From Candidatus Pampinifervens sinense (GTDB lineage Bacteria > Aquificota > Aquificia > Aquificales > Aquificaceae): 64,000 bases of DNA. The notes beneath the pieces are model-generated. The model saw nothing but the letters and a program-made list of their open reading frames with translations, searched no databases and was not told where the DNA came from. A program made the position numbers and the translations under genes. This document shows positions 53,650 to 63,244 of this stretch, one piece after another. Where the stretch lies: assembly GCA_037927135.1 (NCBI GenBank), contig JAXSPP010000004.1, forward strand, positions 99,710 to 163,709, read 5' to 3'. Position 1 is the first letter of the stretch. Each line of letters starts with the position of its first letter.

Positions 53650-54422
53650 GGCTTGATGTGTATTTGGTTGAAAAAGGCTATGCACCCACAAGGGAAAAGG
53701 CACAAGCCCTTATAATGGCTGGATTGGTCCTTGTGGATGGCAAGGTGATAACTAAACCTGGCACAAAGGTAAAAGAGGGTCAAAGGATTGAAGTAAAGGA
53801 ACTACCAAAGTATGTATCAAGAGGTGGCTATAAGTTAGAATGGGCTCTGCAGAGATTCGGGCTCAATGTGGAAGGTATGATAGCCCTTGATGTGGGGTCT
53901 TCTACAGGTGGCTTCACTCAATGTTTGCTTGAACACGGTGTGAAGAAGGTTTACGCTGTGGATGTGGGCAGGGGCCAGATGGATCCAAAGTTAAGACACG
54001 ATCCAAGGGTGATTTTATATGAAGAGACGGACGCGAGAGATTTGACCGAGGCACATGTGCCGGAAAAGGTGGACCTTATAACTGTAGATGTATCCTTCAT
54101 ATCTGTGAAAAAAATCCTTCCAAATGTATTAAGATTTCTAAAAGAGGAAGGTATTTTGCTTGTGCTAGTAAAACCACAGTTTGAGCTAGAACCCAAAAAG
54201 GTTAAAAAGGGCATAGTGAGGGAGGAGGCTTATAAGAGGGAGGCTGTGTATAATGTGGTAAATTTTTTAATGTCTATGGGTATGAATATAGGTGGGATAA
54301 TAAAGGCAAAGCCGAAAGGGGCGAAAGGGAATGAGGAGTTTTTCGTTCTTGCAGGCAAAAATATAAAACCTGTTGAAAATTTAGAAGAGGTTTTAGAGAA
54401 TGCCCTTAGAGAGGTTGTTTGA
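53646..54422 (+). CDS. tlyA: TlyA-family rRNA methyltransferase
   Basis: RLD S4 domain, YVSRGGYKL, DVGSSTGGFT, DVSFIS, KPQFE. Confidence 0.95.
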   Translation: MRLDVYLVEKGYAPTREKAQALIMAGLVLVDGKVITKPGTKVKEGQRIEVKELPKYVSRGGYKLEWALQRFGLNVEGMIALDVGSSTGGFTQCLLEHGVKKVYAVDVGRGQMDPKLRHDPRVILYEETDARDLTEAHVPEKVDLITVDVSFISVKKILPNVLRFLKEEGILLVLVKPQFELEPKKVKKGIVREEAYKREAVYNVVNFLMSMGMNIGGIIKAKPKGAKGNEEFFVLAGKNIKPVENLEEVLENALREVV

Positions 54423-54807
54423 AGGAAATTACATAAAGGGTAAGCAGTTAGGTTGGTATCCTTTTACTGCAGAAAACTTGCTTAGGGTAGGCTTGGCCCT
54501 TTGTGTATACTTGAAAATCCATAAAGAGGTAGATAGACCATTTATGGTTTTGGAAAACCTTGATTTTCTAACAGTGTCTCTCAGCGTTGGTTTTATGGCT
54601 GGTGGTGGGGATGTAAGTGTAGGGGGTGATCAAGCTCATATAAAGGTAAGGTCAAGTTATGGCATAGATGAGATAAGGCTTATAATAGAAAACATGGAAG
54701 ATTATGAGCTAAAGATGGTTGAATCTATACTCTTTAGTAGGTATAATATGCCAAGGGCTGAAGGGGAGGAGGTAGGTAAGATATGGATACAAGACAGGAT
54801 GCCTTAA
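54400..54807 (+). CDS. Hypothetical protein resembling phosphohexomutase (GlmM) domain I
   Basis: LFEGNYIKG...PFTAENLLRVGLAL resembles the GlmM N-terminus; no phospho-Ser loop. Confidence 0.5.
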   Translation: MPLERLFEGNYIKGKQLGWYPFTAENLLRVGLALCVYLKIHKEVDRPFMVLENLDFLTVSLSVGFMAGGGDVSVGGDQAHIKVRSSYGIDEIRLIIENMEDYELKMVESILFSRYNMPRAEGEEVGKIWIQDRMP

Positions 54808-55031
54808 AGCTTTCAGAGGAAGTGATAAAGGAGCTTTTAGTTTTTGGTACGGAGATAGACGAATTTTACAGAAGGTTTAGAGAGCTAAGGTTGTTAGAGG
54901 ATGACCTTTCCTTTCAAGCAGCCCTTCTAAAGGTAGAGCATGCCTTTTTTATGCTTGTACAGTCTATAAACATACTTAAAGAGCAGCTAAATCTGCTAAA
55001 AGTAGCTAGTCAGAAAGGGGAGGTATACTGA
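54783..55031 (+). CDS. Small coiled-coil hypothetical protein
   Basis: RBS GGAGGT; overlaps both neighbours. Confidence 0.7.
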   Translation: MDTRQDALKLSEEVIKELLVFGTEIDEFYRRFRELRLLEDDLSFQAALLKVEHAFFMLVQSINILKEQLNLLKVASQKGEVY

Positions 55032-56734
55032 TGGGAGTTTTATGCTTACTTTTGGACAAAAAAAAGCAATATTTTCCACTGCTAGTAGATATATTCAATG
55101 TAACTGGCCATAAGCTACTTATCGGCTTAGATGAAGAGAAAGCTTTAGACTTTTTAAAAGTATCCTCACCGGAAGTATTACTGTTGCCTTTAGAAGATAT
55201 AAACTTTTGGTTTGAAGTACTCAAAAACGGCAATTATATTTTACCAATATTCTTTGTAGAGGATTATGAAAAGGTGGAAGAATTTAAGATCTATGGCTTT
55301 AAAGATGTAAACTTTGCGGTTTTACCGTTTAATCCTATGGAGCTTTTGACAAAAGTTGTAGCATTGAGTAAAAAGACTCACAATCAGGAAGTTTTAGAAT
55401 ATTTAGGTCCATTGAATCTTGCTATAAAGTTTATGCGGTCTGGATCCACTCTAATTTTAAACATTGAAGGTGAAGGATACGCCTGTTCTTTATTCTTCCT
55501 CCAGGGTATTATAAAGGGTAGTACATGTCAGGAGGATAAAATAGCTGAACTTATGGCTAAGCATACAAAGATAAGGTTGGAACCCTTCAAAGAAGATAAG
55601 CTGATATATACCTTTGAAGGAAATTGGGATTTCCTTTCAAAGCTTGTGTATAACCGTATTTACAGACCTACAGCTGTGGAGCGTAGCTTAGAAAAGGAAG
55701 GTGAAGAATCTGTCGTTATTAAGCCTAAAGTGGATCTAAGTCAAGCTGTTAAATTAAGGGATGGACTGTACTGGGTTGGTGTGGAGGATGAAAAGGGTCT
55801 TTTCCAAAAGAATTCATACCTTAGAATCTATGAGAAGGGTGACATTAGAATACCTATCCTTATAAATATAGGTACACCTCAGGATTATGTTTTGATTAGA
55901 TCAAAAGTTGAACAAGTAGTGGGTACAGTGGATGTTATAAAGGCTGTAATCCTTATGGGTGCAGGGGTAGATATAGCGTCTGGACTTTTTAATTTTCTTC
56001 AATCTAACCAAAAGGCTTTTGTAATAACCACCTTAAACATAGCTCAAAGGTTAAGATCCTTTGGTATACCTCAGAGTAGAATAAAAGCTGTGGAAAGCCT
56101 TGCTAGTATGAGGTTAAAGTTGGCAACTGGTGATGTTCTAAAGTTTATATCTATGCCCTTCTTGCCGGAAGTAGGCAGTTTTGTAGTTTTAGAGGAGAGT
56201 ACGGGATACCTTTTTACAGGCCAGTTTCTAAGTTCATACTGTTCCATAGATGAGTTTAATCCTCTTGAAAATGCAAATATTGATGATGTTCTCTCATACA
56301 CTTTGCCGAATATACCATCAAAAGATATTCTTATGCCCGCACTCAAAAGGCTATTAGCAATGAATTTCACATGCGTATATCCTATGTTTGGAAACCCTAT
56401 AACTTCTCTTGATTCACTCAATCAGATATTTGAAAGATTGATTAACACTGTGGGATCTTCTCATAAGCTGGATGAGAGGATGATTTTGGAAGTATGTGAA
56501 GATATATTAAGATTGCTTAAGGAAAATGCAGAAAAAGGTGAAATTTCTGCCCTTCTTGAGGAGTTAAATCAGTTCATATATATGGAAGATGCAAAGATTT
56601 TGCAAACCTTTGTAGAAGTGGAAAGTCTACCTCATCTGTTGCTTAGTCTTGCTTTTACAAAAGGTATAGATGTACATCTTATAAAAAAGATTATAAGCAA
56701 GCTTCAACGTATAGGTTTAACTCTTACCATATGA
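55031..56734 (+). CDS. Pseudo-receiver + DUF4388-like + degenerate metallo-beta-lactamase/ODP-like fusion
   Basis: SPEVLLLPL, LPFNP; GLYWVG, NSYLR, LKFISMPFLP, GYLFTGQ, YPMFG. Confidence 0.65.
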   Translation: MGVLCLLLDKKKQYFPLLVDIFNVTGHKLLIGLDEEKALDFLKVSSPEVLLLPLEDINFWFEVLKNGNYILPIFFVEDYEKVEEFKIYGFKDVNFAVLPFNPMELLTKVVALSKKTHNQEVLEYLGPLNLAIKFMRSGSTLILNIEGEGYACSLFFLQGIIKGSTCQEDKIAELMAKHTKIRLEPFKEDKLIYTFEGNWDFLSKLVYNRIYRPTAVERSLEKEGEESVVIKPKVDLSQAVKLRDGLYWVGVEDEKGLFQKNSYLRIYEKGDIRIPILINIGTPQDYVLIRSKVEQVVGTVDVIKAVILMGAGVDIASGLFNFLQSNQKAFVITTLNIAQRLRSFGIPQSRIKAVESLASMRLKLATGDVLKFISMPFLPEVGSFVVLEESTGYLFTGQFLSSYCSIDEFNPLENANIDDVLSYTLPNIPSKDILMPALKRLLAMNFTCVYPMFGNPITSLDSLNQIFERLINTVGSSHKLDERMILEVCEDILRLLKENAEKGEISALLEELNQFIYMEDAKILQTFVEVESLPHLLLSLAFTKGIDVHLIKKIISKLQRIGLTLTI

Positions 56735-57407
56735 GGCTTTTCCCTATTCTTTCAAAGCGGGGGTTTAAAAGGGCCAAAAAGAGCTGTCTAAAGCCTGTAA
56801 GTATGTTTACATCGGTGGTTTCTAAGGGTGGTATGTCTCCGGAGAAATAAATTACAAAAGCTTTACCCACTATGTTTTCTCTTGGTAAGAGTCCCCAATA
56901 TCTACTGTCTTTGCTGTTGTCCCTGTTGTCCCCCATTACAAAATAGTATCCATCTGGTATTTTGGCATAGTAGGCGTCCCTCCTGGGAATTATGGGATTT
57001 TCATAAAGGGCTATCTTATACTTTACACCGTTTGGCAAAGTTTCTTCGTATATTAGCTTATCTACACCGTCTTCTTGCACCTTCTTTATAAACCTTAAAG
57101 GCACCTCTTGGCCATTTATAAAAACCTTACTCCCTCTTACTTCAATGGTATCTCCAGGCATACCTATTATCCTCTTTATAAAATCAATCTGTGGGTTGGC
57201 AGGCCATTTGAACACCACTATATCACCCCTTTGAGGTTCCGAAAGCTTGTAAACAAGTTTATTCACCAATATAAAGTCGCCCACAAGAAGGGTTGGCTTC
57301 ATAGATCCTGAAGGAATATTGTATGCTTGCACAAGGAAAGTTCTAATTAATATCACAACTATGATAACTATTAAAAGTTCTTTGAACCATTTGGGTATGG
57401 ACTTCAC
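56724..57407 (-). CDS. lepB: Signal peptidase I
   Basis: IPSGSMKPTL, FIKRIIG, GDNRDNSKDSR. Confidence 0.97.
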   Translation of the reverse strand: MKSIPKWFKELLIVIIVVILIRTFLVQAYNIPSGSMKPTLLVGDFILVNKLVYKLSEPQRGDIVVFKWPANPQIDFIKRIIGMPGDTIEVRGSKVFINGQEVPLRFIKKVQEDGVDKLIYEETLPNGVKYKIALYENPIIPRRDAYYAKIPDGYYFVMGDNRDNSKDSRYWGLLPRENIVGKAFVIYFSGDIPPLETTDVNILTGFRQLFLALLNPRFERIGKSLIW

Positions 57408-57412
57408 CCTAT

Positions 57413-58456
57413 CTATTTTACCATAATTTGTATTCTCTTGCTCCTTAGCTGACCACAGGCACCGAAAACGTCCACACCCTTGCTAAGCCTTATAAAGGCA
57501 GAAATGTTATACCTTCTTAGAACTTCCTGAAAAGCGTAAACCCTTTCCAAACTTGGCCTATCAAAGGGCAAGGAAGGGTCTGGATTGTATGGAATTAGGT
57601 TCACTTTAAACTTTCGCCTATAGGGTAGTATAAGCTTGGCAAAAGCGTTGGCATGCTCTATAGTATCGTTTACATCCTTTATAAGTACATACTCTAGCAT
57701 TATTCTTCTATCGGGTGGGTATGGAAATTGGCCAAGGGTTTTTATAAGCTCACCAAGGCTGTTTGTCTTGCTTATTGGCATAAGCTCTTCTCTTAGATGC
57801 TGGTTTGGCGCGTTTATTGAAACGGCAAGGTTTACTTCCCTTAGTAATGGATCATTAGCCATCCTTTTTATCTGTGCTATAAGACCGCTGGTAGATATGC
57901 TTACCCTTCTCTTTGATAGGTTTATACCCCAAGGGCTTATAAGTATTTCAACGGCCTTCCTTACAGCATCGTAGTTGGCCAAAGGCTCACCCATCCCCAT
58001 AAAAACCACATTCCTTATCCTTTCCTTTACATCCTTTTGAACCAAAAGGTATTGGTCTACAATCTCGGAGGTGGTAAGGTTCCTTATAAGACCATCCATA
58101 GCGGTGGCGCAGAATTTACACCCTACAGCACAACCTATCTGAGAGGAAAGGCATAGGGTAAGATGATCCCTCTCAAATATCAAAACTGTTTCCAATATAT
58201 GGCCATCGTAGGTTTTGAAAAGATACTTTACCGAATCCCTTGCCTCCACCTTGTCAAAAAGCTCTAGACTATGAACCTTAAAATGTTCAGCCAAAAAATG
58301 ACGGTGCTGTTTAGAAAGGTCTGTCATCTTCTGAAAGTCATCTTCAAACCTTTTGTATAACCAATTCATAACCTGGTTTGCCCTGTAGGCTTCCAGGCCT
58401 AACTGTTCAAACCTTTCCCTTAGCTCCTTTAACGTGTAAGAGGTCAAAAGCTCCAT
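57413..58456 (-). CDS. rlmN: 23S rRNA/tRNA C2-methyltransferase (radical SAM)
   Basis: SSQIGCAVGCKFC, MGMGEP, GACGQL. Confidence 0.96.
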   Translation of the reverse strand: MELLTSYTLKELRERFEQLGLEAYRANQVMNWLYKRFEDDFQKMTDLSKQHRHFLAEHFKVHSLELFDKVEARDSVKYLFKTYDGHILETVLIFERDHLTLCLSSQIGCAVGCKFCATAMDGLIRNLTTSEIVDQYLLVQKDVKERIRNVVFMGMGEPLANYDAVRKAVEILISPWGINLSKRRVSISTSGLIAQIKRMANDPLLREVNLAVSINAPNQHLREELMPISKTNSLGELIKTLGQFPYPPDRRIMLEYVLIKDVNDTIEHANAFAKLILPYRRKFKVNLIPYNPDPSLPFDRPSLERVYAFQEVLRRYNISAFIRLSKGVDVFGACGQLRSKRIQIMVK

Positions 58457-58496
58457 AGTTAAAAATTTAGTATAATAGGAACGTGGAGGGAAGACT

Positions 58497-59435
58497 ATGA
58501 AAAAAGGATTCCTCCTGCTGTCTTTCCTGTCCATCTTCTCTTGCACACCCACCGTCAGACAAGCCATCATACCTGGTGCCAACCATCAATTAAGCGTAGT
58601 TCAAAGAGGTAATCTTTATTTTTCCGAAGAGGAGGAAAAGTTTATACAGAAGGAAGCCCAAACCTTTGGTATACCTATTCCAGACAGAGAAGAAATTAGA
58701 AGGTTTATAAACTATTATCTTTCCAACAAACAATCTTTTGAAGCTGCCCTTCAAAGGGCCAGATATTACATGCCTATTATAAGGCCCATCCTTCAAAAGT
58801 ATGGCCTTCCGGAAGAACTTGCCTTTTTACCTGTAATAGAAAGTGGGTTTAACAATTTTGCAGTATCAAGATCTGGTGCGGCAGGTCTTTGGCAACTTAT
58901 GCCTTCCACAGCAAGAAGGTACGGCCTTAGGGTAGATCAGTATGTGGATGAGAGGTTTGATATTGTAAAAGCCACGGAGGCTGCAGCAAGGTATTTAAAG
59001 GACCTTTATTCTATGTTTGGAAATTGGGAGCTGGCTCTTGCTAGCTATAATTGTGGTGAAAACTGTGTGGTAAGAAGGACTGGTGGTGTGGATTTCTGGA
59101 TAAGTCAAAGGTTTTTACCGGAGGAGACTAGGAATTATGTACCGGCCTTCTTTGCCGTTTTACTGCTAGCTAGCAATCCAGAAAAATATGGCCTTTCTGT
59201 AAATGTAGAAGGTATATCTGTGGCAAGGAAGCTTTTAGAAAAGGACACACCTGTGGAAGAGTTTGTGGAAAAAAGTGGGTTAAAGGAAAGTTTGTTTAAG
59301 GACCTTAACCCTCACATAAAGGGAGGAATTATACCAGCAGGCACCTTTGTTTACTTGCCCAAGGAGAGCAAAGAGTTTGGAAGGGAAAGGGTTGAAAGGT
59401 TGCCCAATGGAGCCAAGCTTATCATAAGAGAATGA
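58497..59435 (+). CDS. Lipoprotein lytic transglycosylase (MltD-like SLT)
   Basis: Lipobox IFSC, IESG, GAAGLWQLMP, ASYNCG, ETRNYV. Confidence 0.92.
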   Translation: MKKGFLLLSFLSIFSCTPTVRQAIIPGANHQLSVVQRGNLYFSEEEEKFIQKEAQTFGIPIPDREEIRRFINYYLSNKQSFEAALQRARYYMPIIRPILQKYGLPEELAFLPVIESGFNNFAVSRSGAAGLWQLMPSTARRYGLRVDQYVDERFDIVKATEAAARYLKDLYSMFGNWELALASYNCGENCVVRRTGGVDFWISQRFLPEETRNYVPAFFAVLLLASNPEKYGLSVNVEGISVARKLLEKDTPVEEFVEKSGLKESLFKDLNPHIKGGIIPAGTFVYLPKESKEFGRERVERLPNGAKLIIRE

Positions 59436-60034
59436 TTGAATGCTTTGTTCTTGCCGGTGGGCTAAGTAGACGTTTTGGTGAAGACAAGCTCCTTTACAAA
59501 ATCGGTGACAAACACACTATAGAATGGGTAGTGGACCGTCTAAAGCATACATGCCAGAGACTATGCATTGTAGCTAAGGATGTAAGCAAGTTTTCCTTTT
59601 TGGAGGAGGTTGAACTCATTGAGGATCTTTTAGAAAAACAGTATGCTTTAGCGGGTTTATACACTTCCCTTATGAATACCCATAGTGATAGGGCCCTTGT
59701 GGTAAGTGGAGATATGCCTCTTATAAAGGGTCAGGTGGTAAGGTATCTATGGACCTTTTCACAGCCTCCTTTAACTCTTTTCAAGATAAAGGGTAAATAC
59801 TATCCACTCTTTGCTGTCTATTATAAAGAGCTTTTAGGGGCTCTTGAGAAGTATATAAAAATGGGTGGAGAAAGGCTTATGGACTTTGTTCTAAAAACGC
59901 CTCATAAGGTAATAGAGGAAAAGGATATACTCTCTTATGATCCACGGCTCCTTTCCTTTATAAATATGAACACGAAGGAGGATGCTCAGCTTATAATAAA
60001 ACTCTATGAAAGTGGAGAAGCATTTAAAGATTGA
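59432..60034 (+). CDS. mobA: Molybdenum cofactor guanylyltransferase
   Basis: LAGGLSRRFGEDK, DMP, PLFAVY, FINMNT. Confidence 0.92.
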   Translation: MIECFVLAGGLSRRFGEDKLLYKIGDKHTIEWVVDRLKHTCQRLCIVAKDVSKFSFLEEVELIEDLLEKQYALAGLYTSLMNTHSDRALVVSGDMPLIKGQVVRYLWTFSQPPLTLFKIKGKYYPLFAVYYKELLGALEKYIKMGGERLMDFVLKTPHKVIEEKDILSYDPRLLSFINMNTKEDAQLIIKLYESGEAFKD

Positions 60035-60221
60035 AGGAATGACATGTGGTCATTGTGTGGAAAGGGTAAAAAGAGCCCTTTACTCTATAGAAGGAGTAAT
60101 TCACGTGGATGTGAGCTTAGAGAAGGGCTTGGCCAGTGTGCAAATGGAAAAGGATATACCTTTTGATGTTCTTAAATCCGCTGTAGAGGAGTGGGGCTAC
60201 AGGGTGCTTGGTGAGGTTTGA
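60006..60221 (+). CDS. CopZ-like heavy-metal chaperone
   Basis: GMTCGHC HMA motif. Confidence 0.92.
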   Translation: MKVEKHLKIEGMTCGHCVERVKRALYSIEGVIHVDVSLEKGLASVQMEKDIPFDVLKSAVEEWGYRVLGEV

Positions 60222-60798
60222 AGATTTTAAAAAGGATTTAGAAGGTCTTGAGCTTTTCAGTAAGGGCTGGAGGAGTTATGTATATAGAGCAAGATGGAAG
60301 GATGTTTGTGTGGCTATAAAAGTAGCAAAGGATAAAGAAAGGGAGTATGCTATAAGGAAGGAGGGAGAAATACTAAGGCTTTTAAAGGGTTATAGGGGTT
60401 TCCCTCAGCTATTGGAAGTAGGAGAGGACTTTTTGGTTTATGAGTTCATTGAGGGCTTGCCTTTGGAAAAAATTCCTTTAGACAAGAGTCAAAAAGGTAA
60501 GGTATACCTTAAGGTTCTTGATCTTATCAAGCTCTTAGATCATTTAGGAATAAACAAGGATGAACTTCACAGGCTGGATAAAAACACTCTAGTAGATAAG
60601 AATTTTGAAGTTTATTTGATAGACTTTGAAAGGGGGAGTCTTAACGCGAAGAAAAAGCATAACCTGAGCCAATTCTTACAACTGTTGGTTAGAGAGGGGT
60701 TTATATCCTTGGATAAGGCTAGGGAGCTTGGCAGAAGATATGCTTTGTGTGAGGATGTTTACCATGAAGTTGGAGAGATTATACGAGCTTTTACTTGA
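60211..60798 (+). CDS. Minimal Ser/Thr kinase-like protein (RIO/Bud32-like)
   Basis: SKGWRSYVY, VAIK, E, IDFE; start uncertain (60208 or 60211). Confidence 0.75.
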   Translation: MRFEDFKKDLEGLELFSKGWRSYVYRARWKDVCVAIKVAKDKEREYAIRKEGEILRLLKGYRGFPQLLEVGEDFLVYEFIEGLPLEKIPLDKSQKGKVYLKVLDLIKLLDHLGINKDELHRLDKNTLVDKNFEVYLIDFERGSLNAKKKHNLSQFLQLLVREGFISLDKARELGRRYALCEDVYHEVGEIIRAFT

Positions 60799-61414
60799 TC
60801 TTTATGGACCGCAAGGCTGGTGGCCTGTGGATAAGGAATATCATAAAAACAGGGGTACAGATGAAAGGGAGGAGATAATAATAGGGGCTGTGCTTACGCA
60901 GAATACAAGTTGGAGAAATGTGGAAAAGTCTTTAGAGAATCTCAAAAAATTTGGAGAACTCTCTTTGAGATTCATAAGAGATGTAAGCTTAGAAAGACTA
61001 AAGGAGCTTATAAAGCCATCAGGGTTTTATAACCAAAAAGCTTTAAGGTTAAAGCACGTTGCGAACTTTTTCAATCCAATAGATAAGATAAAGGAGGTCA
61101 GTAGAGAAGAGCTTTTGAGGGTGCCCGGTATAGGGAAAGAGACGGCGGATGTTATACTTTTGTACGCTGGTGAAAGGCTTAGCTTTGTTATAGATAAATA
61201 TACGCAGAGGTTTATGGCAAGGTTTGCTAAAGTAGAAGGCAATTATGAAAGCTTAAAAGAGTATTTTGAAAGGAATCTTCCACAGGACATAGTAATATAC
61301 AAAGAGTTTCATGCGCTTATAGATGAGCATGCAAAGAGGTATTGTAGGAGCACTCCCTTATGTAGGGAGTGCCCCTTAAGCAGATTTTGTCTTAGTGTAA
61401 GCCCATCCTTTTGA
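60764..61414 (+). CDS. Endonuclease III-related HhH-GPD protein
   Basis: GPQGWWP, LTQNT, PGIGKETAD, C-x6-C-x2-C-x5-C. Confidence 0.9.
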   Translation: MKLERLYELLLDLYGPQGWWPVDKEYHKNRGTDEREEIIIGAVLTQNTSWRNVEKSLENLKKFGELSLRFIRDVSLERLKELIKPSGFYNQKALRLKHVANFFNPIDKIKEVSREELLRVPGIGKETADVILLYAGERLSFVIDKYTQRFMARFAKVEGNYESLKEYFERNLPQDIVIYKEFHALIDEHAKRYCRSTPLCRECPLSRFCLSVSPSF

Positions 61415-62024
61415 GAACTCTGCTTCTGTATATCCAAATTAGGATACCCATAACTATAAGGTAGGCTATGGTTCCTATACCCATAAGCATCCTTTTGTGC
61501 TTTTCTTCTGGGCTGGGCTCTGCTACTGATTTAAGATAGGCTATGATCTTTGCTGTTTCTTCTGGCCTACCTGTCATAACCGCTGGCATGGATGTTCCAG
61601 GTAATACCTTTTGAGGATCAAGGATAAAGTTAAACAAGTATTCCTTACCTTTTACTAGGTATATGGTGGAGAGATCTGGAGGTACCTTACCAAAGGACTC
61701 TTTTAAAGCCATTAGGTCCTCATAAAATACCGATTCATAGACATTTTTTGGTAGCACTTTGCCATATTTCTCTTGAAGGGTTTTAAGCTTTGGGTTGGCC
61801 TGCACAGAGGATATGTATACTCCATCGTACCTCACAGAGTGGCATGACTGACAGTTTTGTTCAAAGAGCTGTTTTCCTTCCTTTGCATAGCTTTTTACAT
61901 CTTCCGCTATTTTGGCATATTGGGCCGGCATTTCATACTTCTCATGAGGGGCAAAGATGTTGTTTATCCATATGATGTAGAAGAAGGCTACTGTTATCAC
62001 TGTGAAAAATATTGCCTTGATCAT
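61392..62024 (-). CDS. petC: Cytochrome c1
   Basis: CQSCH, PPDLS, PGTSMP, N- and C-terminal TMs. Confidence 0.92.
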   Translation of the reverse strand: MIKAIFFTVITVAFFYIIWINNIFAPHEKYEMPAQYAKIAEDVKSYAKEGKQLFEQNCQSCHSVRYDGVYISSVQANPKLKTLQEKYGKVLPKNVYESVFYEDLMALKESFGKVPPDLSTIYLVKGKEYLFNFILDPQKVLPGTSMPAVMTGRPEETAKIIAYLKSVAEPSPEEKHKRMLMGIGTIAYLIVMGILIWIYRSRVLKRMGLH

Positions 62025-63232
62025 TGCTTCTCACCTCCTTTTGCCTTATACCATCCCCACTCTATTATGGATATGATTGGAAGCGATAGGAAGAAGGCAA
62101 AAAGTCCAGCGGTAAATATAAGCCCAAGCATGGCGTTTGTAGGTGTGGGTGGCATTGTGCCGAGTATGGTAAGTGCCATGGAGGAGACCACAAGTACTAA
62201 GAACATGATGAAGAAAAGCGGTCTGTTCCTTGCACTCTTCAACGGTGAGAAGTCTAAGAAAGGTAAAAGTAGCAGTAGTAGCAATATTAGGTTGAAGGCT
62301 ACAAAGCCCAAGAACTTATCTGGTATGGACCTAAAAACGGTATAGTAGGCAAGAAGATACCATTCTGGGGCTATGTGGGCTGGTGTTTTAAAGGGATCTG
62401 CTGGATCAAAGTTGTCTGGTGGGAGGAAGTGATGCATGTAGAAGAAGACAAAGAAGAAAAAGATGGCTAAATAACCCATAAGGTAAGATCCTTCCTTTAA
62501 GGTCATGTAGGGATGGAAGGGCACACCTTCTTTTTTCTTATCTATTTCCCTACCCTCTGGATTGGAGATGCCGGCCGCACGTACAAGATAAAGGTGAATA
62601 CCTACCAATAGGAGTAGTATAAGAGGTAATAGCCATATATGTAGGCCAAAGAACCTTCCTAAGGTTATCTGTCCTATTTCATATCCACCTTTCATCCATA
62701 TGGAGATGGTCTCACCTATTTTGAACTTGCCTATTATGGGAGCGGAGTCAATGGATGTGGGTATTTCTGATGTGACTACCATACCCCAGTAGGAGAGCTG
62801 TCCCCAAGGGAGCAAATATCCAGTTAAAGCTGTAGTAAGCAAGACAAAGTAAATCAACCACCCAACTATCCATGTGAGTTCCCTAGGTTTTTTATAGGCG
62901 TTGTAGTATATGCCTGTAAATATATGAAGGTAAACTACAGCTAAAAAGAAGTTTGCTCCTGCAGCATGCACATGTCTTATAAGCCACATAAAGGGCACTT
63001 CCTTCATTATGGTATAGTTAACGCTATCAAAGGCTGTGTGTACGTTTGGCTGGTAATACATGGTTAGGAATATACCGGATATGACTTGTATGACAAAGGC
63101 CACTAGGGCCATTACTCCAAAGGCATAAGGAAAGGTAAGGTTTTTAGGCACTTTATAATCTACCATTTGGGAGCGCCAAACCTCAGAAAGATGGGTTCTT
63201 TCATCAATCCATCTTGCTATCCTTCCAAACAT
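62021..63232 (-). CDS. petB: Cytochrome b
   Basis: RHVHAAGA, GYLLPWGQLSYW, PEWY. Confidence 0.97.
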   Translation of the reverse strand: MFGRIARWIDERTHLSEVWRSQMVDYKVPKNLTFPYAFGVMALVAFVIQVISGIFLTMYYQPNVHTAFDSVNYTIMKEVPFMWLIRHVHAAGANFFLAVVYLHIFTGIYYNAYKKPRELTWIVGWLIYFVLLTTALTGYLLPWGQLSYWGMVVTSEIPTSIDSAPIIGKFKIGETISIWMKGGYEIGQITLGRFFGLHIWLLPLILLLLVGIHLYLVRAAGISNPEGREIDKKKEGVPFHPYMTLKEGSYLMGYLAIFFFFVFFYMHHFLPPDNFDPADPFKTPAHIAPEWYLLAYYTVFRSIPDKFLGFVAFNLILLLLLLLPFLDFSPLKSARNRPLFFIMFLVLVVSSMALTILGTMPPTPTNAMLGLIFTAGLFAFFLSLPIISIIEWGWYKAKGGEKQ

Positions 63233-63244
63233 CCTTCCACCTCC

